A DNA stretch of 64,000 nucleotides from Octopus vulgaris (Eukaryota), in contig OX597834.1 of assembly GCA_951406725.2 (NCBI GenBank), forward strand, positions 682,001 to 746,000, given 5' to 3'. Below are positions 52,691 through 64,000 of the stretch, piece by piece (position 1 is the first letter of the stretch; each line of letters starts with the position of its first letter). The position numbers and the translations under genes were made by a program. The notes under the pieces are model-generated. The model searched no databases. It had not been told where the DNA came from and worked only from the letters and a program-made list of their open reading frames with translations.

Positions 52691-54333
52691 ACACACGCAC
52701 CAATACATATATATATAACGGGTTTCCATACAGTTTCCGTCAACCAAATTCATTCACAAGGCATTGATCCGGCTGAGGTTATTGTTGAAGACATTTGCCC
52801 CGGATACCGCGCAGTGGGTCTGAACCCGTTATCATGTGGTTGTAAAGAGTTTTGTCTACATCCAGCCATGTCTCTATATTCTAAATTTCTCTCTGACGAT
52901 GATAACGCTAGACTGCATCGATCCTGGTCTTTCTCTCGACAGTTGTTGATCTTCTTTAAATTCCTCACCCAGATTGCTGCTTTGAGGTGGTTCTTTTGAA
53001 ATGCAGAACCATGACCAAACTGTTTAAATTCTCATCATATATCAAACATCAGCTGATATTTATGACCAATAGTGATTTTGGTACGTCTGGCGTCTTTGAT
53101 TTCTTGGAGGTAGACTACAGTTAACGGTCCAATGGGAGAATCGATCTAAGGCAAAATAAAACAACTTCCTGGCAACAAAATATTGGTCAAACGAACAAGA
53201 CACCATTCTACCCCTAAGTAGCCGTGATTCCTCTTACTGATCCCACTGATCGTCCACCATTGTATACACTTCATAAACAACTGACTAATATTTACAACTC
53301 AATCCCTATACACTGAGGCGTACATTACAGTGACCCACACACGTACACAACCAAGTGTTGGAGCCCTTGTTCTGGAGTTTCAGGGTTTTGAGAAGTGTAG
53401 AACCACCGATTAGTCACTTTGTTTTCATGTTAACTCTGAGTCTGAATAGCAACACTTGTCAGGGTCCCGTCCATGGGTTAAATAGCATGCAACCACGCGA
53501 GCCAGGGTACGTTGAACTCATTGGATGCAGCATGGTGGATGTGAACTATTTCGGCAGATGAACTTATTGAATCAGCAGCGAGTATCACTGACTGCTGAGA
53601 GGATAAACAAACAAGAAGCTCTTAACGGCCAGAACCAACCGGTTCCATTAGCGAACGCCTGCTATCGTCTGTTTTCCTGGTGGGCAGAGATGCGATATTA
53701 CAGAAAGCGAAAGATCAATGTGATTGAAACCCAAGCCGGACTTTTTATGCTGCATTGCTTGATCGGGAAGCATGCGGAGTTTGCACTGGACTGGATAAAT
53801 CAGCCGGTCAGATATTGCTAGATACAACGAGAAACCGGTGAACGGATACGGCGGTTCAAACGTTAGCTGCTATAGTATGGTTTTCCCTCTGCATTCTGAG
53901 TTCAAATCTCACTAATATTTACTTTGCCTTCCATCCTTTATGGGTTGGATAAATAAATACCAGTTAAAAGTTATGGATTGGGAGAACTGTAAGACTAGGG
54001 ATTAGATACCTTACAGCTTCTGTTCCCGCTGTTTGTGTCCTGAGCCGAAATTCTGCCAACGTACCAACGGAAACATCAAGTCATCCGACTACAGGACTCC
54101 AGTAAACCCCACAAATCGGTCAGTAGCCTGTATAGATATACTGGAAGCAATATGACGAGGCATGCATCCATCACGGGATCAACACTGAATAAACTGAAAT
54201 AGGAATGGGAATGACCTTTTGTGAAATGCAAAAAATATTATTGAAAAATTTGCCAAAGTTCTGAAGTAATGGCGCCTCCTCCGCCATAAATAATATTTGC
54301 TTTGTCTCATTGAAATTTCATTTCATTCTTTCG

Positions 54334-54446
<113 letters not shown>

Positions 54447-54977
54447 CTCCTTCTCTCTTTCTCACACACACAAACACACTCTCTCTCTTTCTCCCTCTCC
54501 CTCTCTCTCTCTCTCAATATTGATTTCATTTGCTGTTTCCTTCAGAAATTATTAATGAACCCAAACAGACAGAATCTTTTTCCTGATAGAATATAAATAA
54601 TTGCTATTTACTGTCAATTCAACTTATTTCATCTGTTTCCAGTTTGCTTCCTATTCTATAGCGACGCATCACAGACTCTCCATCCTCTCTGTCGTCCTCC
54701 TCGCAAAATACTTCTCCGCTCTTCTTATTTTTGTTGTTGTTGCTGTTACTTCTGTTCGTCTTCCCGTTCTTGCCATTGTATTTCATATCCAACTTTGATT
54801 TTTCATATATATGAATATATATATCGTATATATTGTATGTAAATGATGCACAGACACACACACTTGCGCGCGTACACACACACATATAATATACATAGAT
54901 ATTATATATTGATATATATACATATACATACGTACATATATGTACGTACATCTATATACATATATGGATATACGTAC

Positions 54978-55049
<72 letters not shown>

Positions 55050-55234
55050 GATATATATTTACTAATATATATTTATTTATTTTTAGTGTCTCAGTAAAAT
55101 ATATTTTATATATCATCACTCAACTTTCCAATAGCATCCTCTCCCTACCCATCTCTCTTCCTCTCTCTCTCTCTCTTTCTTTCTTTCTCTCTTCCTCCTT
55201 TTGTCCGTCTGTTTCTTTTTTGTCTCTCTCTCTT

Positions 55235-55273
<39 letters not shown>

Positions 55274-56089
55274 GTATAAATATATTTAAATGAATATATA
55301 TGTATGTAAATATACACATATTTATGTATGTTTACATTTCCACACACACCCCCACACCCGCGCATACCCACCCACAATCCCTACCTTCCCCCTCCATTCT
55401 TCTGTATATGTCTTCACAGTGAATCCCGTCTCGTCAATGGGAACAATATGGTTATTATACACAGATACAGAGATATACGACAAAAATAAGGAATATACAA
55501 ATAAACAACAAAAGCAAAAAACTATGGAACTGTCTTCTCCATCGTCCGCCACGTCGCCCACCTCAGCATCCGCTGCTGCTGCTGCTGCTGCTGCTGACGT
55601 CATACATCAATGCAACGTCAAACAGTTTCTTTGTTGCTGGTCTGTCTCAGACTTTGGTGATATCCGATTGACACCAAGGATTACTTCTCCTGTAAATAGA
55701 ACTGCTTCGGCAGAGCTTGCACTGGCAAACATGTTTTGTCTGTGCAACGGAAACACACAGAAAGGCTTTGCAGTTCGGTTTTTTTACAATCTGACACACT
55801 GAGAAATCTGTGTGGTTGTCAACAAACCACAAGGAATACAGTTACACTTTTTAGGCTGGTTTGTTTTGCATTTTAGGAGCAAGATGTAAATGCCCTGGCT
55901 CCCTGTCTTACAGGTTCCCTTTACCATTATGCACCATGCTGGTCACCCTCCTGTACATGGTGACCAGTGTGAAGGAAGTCCTGTCATAACTGCAGCGGGA
56001 CCTAAACTGGTCCTGCTTAGGATCACTTATTGTCTTATCTTTTGCATGGCTTTATTCGTTACTTATTTCGCAGCAAACTTCTTTAATCT

Positions 56090-57110
56090 ATCAATTTAAC
56101 GCCACTACCCGATCTTTTCGTAAGATTTGCGGTGTTTCCTCATTTGCTAACATTCGGATTCGAGATTCTGCTTTTCATATAGAGTGTTCCTTTCCATCCA
56201 ATATTTATGACAAAGCGATGAAAAAGAAAATACAAAATCCTCGAAAGCTATAAACTGTAAGGTAGTCATTGACGCAAGAGGAGATAACTCGGTCAAACAC
56301 CACAATGGCATACTAGTTCCAATGCACCAGATTTCGACTCACGTTGATGTAATTAATTATCTGGAAATCATTTTTACGTGTTTAATATATGTATGTACAT
56401 GTGTGTGTAAGTGAAAGGAAGGAAAAAAGCAGCTACTACAGTATCCTTTTTATTTCATATGACGTGCTGAAGATATATTCAATGCAGATATTAAAAAGCT
56501 ATGGTGATAACACATCCTTGTTTTACACCTATTTTTCTTCTTTATTCGTCTTGACAATTCCTGATCTGTTTTGAACGCTGCCTTCGTGTTCCAATCCAAC
56601 ACACAAATTATGCTTATGGCCTTTCCTTCTAATCCGGCATTTTCCAAAGCGTTGACGAGCTCTTTGTCGTGCACATAGTCAAATACCACAGCATCATTTA
56701 TGGAACAAGCAGAGTTTTTTTGTACATGCATTTGCTTTCGCGTTAAAATGTTGAAGCAGACAATGGCTCCTCTTGTATGTCTGTTAACTTTAAATCCCAA
56801 ATACTCCTCACTGACTTCTACATGTATTTTGATTTTTATTCTTCCAAATAAGGTTACTAGAAATATTATAAAAATATGAGATTCAGAGATGTCATTGAAA
56901 AGGTCTGCGAGTTTGTCAGAAACATAATCTTCTGATGCTTCAGAAATCTTACCGGTCCTGGAGCTTTGTCTTTTCTCATCCGGATAGCATGTTTCACCTT
57001 AGACTTTAAAACATTGCGTTCATTAAGGCTGGATGGTGAGGGCTTTTCGAGCTTTTCATCCTTAAATAGCTGTTCTATATACTCGCTCCATCTTTTCATG
57101 ATCTCTGTTA
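56090..57110 (-). pseudogene. Degenerate RTE-clade LINE RT fragment
   Basis: KRWSEYIEQLF..VKHAI..KAPGP; GFK.NRHTRGAIVCFNIL..VFDYVH..LVNALENAGL. Confidence 0.75.
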
Positions 57111-58080
57111 CAAAAAAGTTTTACATCTTTGTTTCTATTCCGCCTCTTTTGGACATTTTTCTTTCTCCTCCTCTCTCTTTCTCTCTTTTTTTTTGACATT
57201 TTTTTATAAATTTTGCAGTTTTAGTTTGTGCGTAGGTCTCTTGATATTTACTATGTTATCATTATTACCTCTTTGACTACAATTCTGAATTAGTAGCAGT
57301 AAGCATGTCGAAACCAATTCGGAATGTGGGTTAAAGAGGTTTTTATGATAAAATACTAAATATATTTGCTGTTTATTTTTTTCACTTATGCGAAGTTCAA
57401 CTCTTTACATAAATGAAAAACAAGCAGAATCAGTTTTATTTTTTCACAAATATCTTTTTAACCATAAATCCGAATTCGTTTCGACCTGTTTACATAATGG
57501 CTCTATTAAATTCTAATAGCTCACACCTTATACTTTCCTATTTTTCCAAACAAGTAATGAAAGAAGGCATCTTAGAGTAATGATATGTTAAAGAAATCTC
57601 TTTACATAATGACAACCTATCAACGATATACGATTTTTTTCTTCCTTTCTTTATTACATTTTTTACAAACTTTTTCTACCCACGTCTAACTTCCTCAAAG
57701 ATTCAAACATTTCCTCACCCTACCACTGGCCAAAGCTAACCCTTTTTTTTTACTTTATATATTTCAATTCTCTCCAGACTTCAAGTACAAGATAATAGAG
57801 ACCTAATCTCGCCTCACCTCTTATTCCTCCTCCCACGTAACACCCCACCTCTCTCTCTCTTTCTCTCTTAGCTATCCTTTTGGAAGCTCTTTGTCTACCC
57901 TTCAACTTCCTCTCCTTTAATACACAATTTTTTTCACGGATGCTTTCATGACAATTTAAAATTCTAGAGATGTAACAATGAATATATTTCATACTAATTA
58001 AATATTTATTTATGTTAATCTATATTTTTTGTTGAGGCTTCATGCGTAGACGTTCCGTTTTGTACCAATCTTCAAAGTTG

Positions 58081-58131
<51 letters not shown>

Positions 58132-58531
58132 GTATGTATGTATGTATGTATGCATGTATGTATGTATGCATGAATGTGTGTGTGTATGTATATACACACA
58201 CGCATCCATATATGTATGTATTTACGTAGGTAGGTATATATACGTGTATATACATTATATAGATACATATAATACATATGTACTATATGTACTATGCTTA
58301 AAGATAAATACGCACACTTACAAAAACACACACGCGTGCACACACACACACACACATACACATGCACACACACTTTCCACTACAGAGGAATATACATAAA
58401 AAACTGATATGTATCTCTTTCAGTAAAACATTTGAATAATTTATGATTCAAAATTAAGAATAGATGAGATTTAACACCAATTATTGAACGTACGTTTAGT
58501 ATGTAGATCTCTCTCTCTCTTTCTCTCTGTG

Positions 58532-58578
<47 letters not shown>

Positions 58579-58617
58579 ATATATATGTATGTATGGGTAT
58601 TTTTATAGTTATATGTA

Positions 58618-58650
<33 letters not shown>

Positions 58651-58948
58651 GTATGAAAGTATATGTGTACAGGTATGTAATATGTATATTTCAACGTATA
58701 TGTGTATGTGTTTAAATATCCATTGTCCATATTAGAGTGAAAATAATAGATGTACATGCACACGCAAATACGCGTGCACACATATGCGTGCACACATATG
58801 CGTGCACACATATGCGTGCACACACATTCACACACACACACACAGACATATATACGTGTGTGTATATATATATATATATATAACATATCTGCATATATGT
58901 GTATGTGTATGCATACATTCAATATGCATGCATATCTATCTGCAGGTA

Positions 58949-59025
<77 letters not shown>

Positions 59026-59312
59026 TATCCACACCCATGCACTTTCCCATCTATGCTCTTGTTTGTCTACGTGTATATACACATGTATATGTCTCTCTAT
59101 ATGCGCATCTCTCATCTCTCTCTCCCCCTCCGCAGTTCGTCGATGTACTCTAATATATTTAATATAAATATTCAAGTTGTCTTTCATCTTCCGCCATATT
59201 GGGTTGGTAGATCGATAGACACCATCGATTACTAGTCTTTACATCAATATTTCTTCATTAATGTAATCAGACACATCCATATCACACGATACCTCCATTG
59301 TGTCAACAGTCT

Positions 59313-59344
<32 letters not shown>

Positions 59345-59386
59345 TTCGTTGCTGTTGTTGTTGTTGTTGTTGTGATGACTTAAGCA

Positions 59387-59428
<42 letters not shown>

Positions 59429-59921
59429 CTACATGTTCTTCTTACTGTTATAGTTGGTCCTGTGGCTGCTACTTTAGTAGTTTTAGTTGTCGTAGCAGCA
59501 GCACCAGCAGCATCTGCAGTTGTAATGTTTGTATGTAGTAGTAGTTGTGGTTGTAATAGGAGTTGCAGTAGAAATAATAACAATAGCAGTAGTAGTAGCA
59601 GCAGCATTTATTGTAGTATCTGTAACTGCTCACTGCACTGGTCGTTCGCGGCAGAGGTCTTTCGTCTGGCTGCAGCTGTTTTAGCAATGTTTGTTGTTGC
59701 GTTTGTTGTTTATTACTATCGTTGTCTTCAGCTTTCAACTGTGCCTTCCACTAGATGTCGTTGGTAGTGGTGGTCCTGGTGGTGGTGGTAGTGGTGGTGG
59801 TGTTTGCGGTCGTTGCGGTGGTGGTTTCATTGTAGCTGCTATTGGACCTGTTGTTGGTAATGGTGCCAGTGTTGATGACGATGAAAACGGTCTTGTTGCT
59901 CCCTGGGCAATAGTACTAGTG

Positions 59922-59982
<61 letters not shown>

Positions 59983-60199
59983 CACTAGCAGCAGCACAGC
60001 AGTAGTAGTTGCTGTTGTCATTTAGCCACGGGTCATGTCACAATTAACATCAGGTAATTTTTCTTGTAATTCTAATTGTATAAAATATTTGTCCATCACT
60101 TTATTTTGTCAGCTACATGTTTTCCAGGAAGAAAACGTCCCAAGGAAATTTGCAGCAACTTTGCACTAAAGATAGAATGTTTATTCACTTAAAATCTTT

Positions 60200-60654
60200 A
60201 TTTTTTTCTTCCGTACGTCAGTCGTATCGTGGAAGAATCCGTAAAATTATGCTTCAGCGACGAGGTTTAACGAGGTAGAAAGTTAGAAATCGATGCAAAA
60301 TTATCGCCCCTTCTATGAACGCTCATCAACCTTCGTCTTTGCCGTATTACTCTCATTCTATACGCCAGAAAATTTCTAGGTTGCTCCCTTGTCCGGAATT
60401 TATCCAGCTAATATGTTTCTACTCCCCCCCCACCCCACCGCACACACATACTACTGAAGCTTTTTTTTAAATAAATTAATATTCATTGACTCCTCACTAC
60501 ATTAATTAGAATGTTGGCACCAACTGGAATTCTCTAACTTTCAACACTGCACAATTCTCACCAGAATCAACTCAAAACTGTTACAAACTTCACACATGCA
60601 ACAACAAAAACAACGGCCACGACCATAATGATGGCACAAACTACAGCTTTTTCA

Positions 60655-60716
<62 letters not shown>

Positions 60717-61690
60717 TCTATCTCTATGTCTTTCTCTATATTACCACGAATTAAATATTCATTCACACGAAAGCAATTCCTATTTATTCAACTGTAGATG
60801 TGTATAGATACTATGCATACGCACACTAACGTACACACGCGCTCTCACACGCTCACATTTATGCATATATGTTAATATGATAGCAAGCAGAGCACCATCC
60901 GGCGTGTAGTCTCTCTCAGAATGGAAATGATGATGATGACGATGATAATGATGTTAATAGATATGAATTTTCACTTTAATTGTATATATACGAAATATAT
61001 AGGCGCTATTGAGGATGCGATGTAATATAGATGGCGTTTATAATGATATTAACGCTGTAAACCGAGTGAGATCATAAATGGTGTACAACGCTGAAAGGAG
61101 ACACAAAATAGATTACTGCAGCCACATCTAGGATGGCGCTGCCGTCATAGATACGAGCCTCTGAAAAGAGAAAAATAATCATCGGACGGACTGGGACGAA
61201 TTTACTGATTTTTTTTTTTCTTCCGTATGTCAGTCGTTTCGTGCAAGAATCTATAAAATTATGCTTCAGTGACGAGGTTTAACGAGGTAGAAAGTTAGAA
61301 ATCGATGCAAAAATATCGTCCTTTCTATCAAAGCGCAACAACCTTCGTCTTCGCTGTGTAACCCAGGTCCTGTATACCAGTAACTTTCTAGGTTACTCCC
61401 TTGTCCGGAATTTATCAATGTATCTACTCGCCCCCACCACCACACACACACATACTACTGAAGTAGTTTAAATAAATAAATATTCATTGACTCCTCACTA
61501 CATTAATTAGAATATCTAATAACACATCATCATCATCATCATCGTTATCGTCATCATCATCATCATCATCATCGTTATCGTCATCATTTTCATTCAGAGA
61601 AACACCACACTCCGGGCGGTGCACTGCTTGTTATCCTATTAACATATATGTGTAAATGTGTGTGTGTGTTTATGCGTGCGTTAGTACGCA
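60200..61690. repeat. ~300-bp direct repeat pair interleaved with ~150-bp inverted repeat pair
   Basis: 60200-60512 similar to 61212-61513; 60815-60955 reverse-complementary to 61520-61692. Confidence 0.8.
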
Positions 61691-61796
61691 TGTCATATAT
61701 ACGCATCTTCTCACCTGCAGACATGCTGCCTCATCTCCCTCTTGTTTCCACCTCAGTGACAATGGTCTCTAGTGGTTTCCTGTCCCAATCACTCTC

Positions 61797-61838
<42 letters not shown>

Positions 61839-62767
61839 GTGCGCTCTCTCTCTCTCTGTTACCGCCATTTCGTCTTCTTAAGCCCTTCGCTCGCAATGGA
61901 ACATCATTCGTCGACCACTTTTCTCACTGACCTCATCTCTCAGATCTTGGTTTCGAATTGTCACCGATGCTCTTGTAACTTTATTTCCAAGTAACTGTTA
62001 TGGCCCCAAGCAAAATCCCTTTTACATTTGGCAAAAAGTGGTCTATATTACCTCTGGCACCTATCCCCTGCCTTATCCAGCATGGTAGACTCTAGCAGGA
62101 GCTATTGCTCCCCCGACATATCTCTCATGGTTCATTGAAGCATACAAGGTACCATACAACAAAGACTGGACTTTATGGTGGTTCCTCTCCTATTCTCACT
62201 CCATTATCACACACGCACACTGCGTCCACGCCATGTCCCACTCCAACAACAACATCTACAATGTTAATTTTCTGGAAATTTTCTTTCTTCTGGTGTTTTC
62301 TCTGCAGCCATTCCCTTGCGGCTGCCCAACCAACACACAATGGTTACGAAGTACCCAAGAAAAACGAGGACAGTGTTCTTTCCCTCAGAATAAACCATTA
62401 AAAATAAACTGGCAATCAATATGGAGACACACACAGAGCTATTTAGAAGCCGGACGTTTCTTAGATGGTGTCCAGGAGCTTGTTGGAAGGCAGCCAGAAG
62501 GCAACCGGAAGTCTGGCTTTCATCCAAACATGCTTTCTTTAAAGAAGAAAGAAACTCGCTGAGACTTCACGACTGGAATCGAGGCTGGACGATCGACAAA
62601 CCGCTCTAACATTGTTCTCTGCGATTGTTGCACATGCGCACAAGAACACACACATAGACATGCATGTGTATAAATTCAAGCGCACACACACAGAGACATC
62701 TAAGCTTATATTCGCATGTATACACCATTTATACGTTTCTGTTTACGAATATTAACACATATATATA

Positions 62768-62818
<51 letters not shown>

Positions 62819-62822
<4 letters not shown>

Positions 62823-63404
62823 TGACGTATATTTGCCATTTGAATATGGCTAGCCCCTAAGGCTGGATGCTACTGTAGTTTGTAGCCCCAGGAAGACACC
62901 TCCTCCAGCTGGCTATAGACACACTTTCTGTGCCCAGCTGGAGGAGGTGTCTTCCTGGGGCTACAAACTACAGTAGCATCCAGCCTTAGGGGCTAGCCAT
63001 ATTCAAATGGCAAATATACGTCACGATGTGTTGCCGCTACTGTTTATAACTCGCTCTGAGATTTATCATTGTTTGATTTCACTTTTTCAATATCAGTGTC
63101 AATCGATACTGGAAAAAGTATATGTATTTGTGAGGGGAACTGACTTCTCGTCGACAACCATGATTGTCACACGCCGATGATAGGTCGAGTCCGTGTGTAT
63201 CATAAGTTGAAGACGGGACGGATGACTTTCCTTCACAAATACTGATAGGGCACAGAAAGTGTGTCTATAGCCAGCTGGAGGAGGTGTCTTCCTGGGGCTA
63301 CAAACTACAGTAGCACCCACCTTTAGGGGTTAGCCATATTCAAATGGCAAATATACGTCACGATGTGTTGCCGCTAATGTTTATAACTCGCTCTGAGATT
63401 TATC

Positions 63405-63407
<3 letters not shown>
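62819..63407 (+). mobile_element. Non-coding 337-bp-unit element with inverted 5' fragment (retrozyme/pLTR-like)
   Basis: 62934-63070 = 63271-63407; 62819-62935 is the reverse complement of 63248-63364; inserted in (TA)n; long rod 63124-63242. Confidence 0.8.
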
Positions 63408-63438
<31 letters not shown>

Positions 63439-63892
63439 AACACACGTACACACATGCACACACACAAACATACATATACACTTGCGACACCAGTAGAAAG
63501 TCTACAACTTACGAATGCACATATTTCAATGTTTCTCTATAAATTGTGAGAACAATGCATCATTATGTAAACGCGTTGCTTGTGCAAAGTATTTGCAGAA
63601 GATTTCCCCAAAACTCCCTGCTTGTTTTCAGACTTGCTTCATACGTCGTGAGCGATACAAGCTGTCCTTTCAAAAGTCTCAAATTGCTCAAATTGAGAAT
63701 GAGCGTCATACTTGACGCATGCAGGCCAGGGAAGTGTGCAGCGTGTATCACGTGGGCTTCACAGGGCATTTCGTTTATGTCTTCAGTGTCCTTCCGTACT
63801 TACGATTACCAAAACCGTAGCACTGGAACATATGAACTAACAAGCAAGAAAATAAAATTGGTATATAAAAGTTAAACAGGCACGGAAACACA

Positions 63893-63923
<31 letters not shown>

Positions 63924-64000
63924 GCACAGAAACACAAGCACACACACACACACATACACAAGCACACACACATACACAGAAACACACACACACACACAAG

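Noticed and set aside
55290-55802. 170-aa ORF with poly-Ala as a host exon
   Set aside because: Built on a (GCT)n tract; no domain or convincing splice structure
57295-57495. Inverted pair with GTCGAAAC..TTCGGA as hammerheads
   Set aside because: Only the 3' half is visible; no CUGANGA core found
59380-60021. Gly/Val/Ser-rich ORFs
   Set aside because: Degenerate trinucleotide repeats

Overview
AT-rich, microsatellite-dense eukaryotic DNA with no recognisable host gene. The repeat content (tRNA-derived SINEs, R4/Dong, Tx1, RTE, CR1-group LINEs, Penelope, Helitron/Helentron, mariner) looks molluscan, most like octopus; the organism is my inference. Only three long ORFs are real, all retroelement: a 5'-truncated Penelope RT + GIY-YIG ORF (8684-10189 +), an intact APE+RT LINE ORF2 (13282-16404 -) and a truncated, disabled LINE RT (11067-12917 -). 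Most other listed ORFs are translations of microsatellites or antisense frames. The main finding is a set of type I hammerhead ribozymes (HHRs) read by eye. Two are in non-coding ~365-nt rod-like elements (1810-2309 +, 20675-21242 -). These are different circular permutations of one monomer, each ~1.3 units long with an inverted 5' fragment, and they show compensatory base changes and a U3:A8 core. A HHR downstream of the Penelope ORF has the same core. This suggests a retrozyme-like (possibly circular RNA) family mobilised by Penelope. An unrelated 337-nt element (62819-63407) has the same architecture but a reduced core. All structures and homologies were judged by eye; boundaries are approximate.
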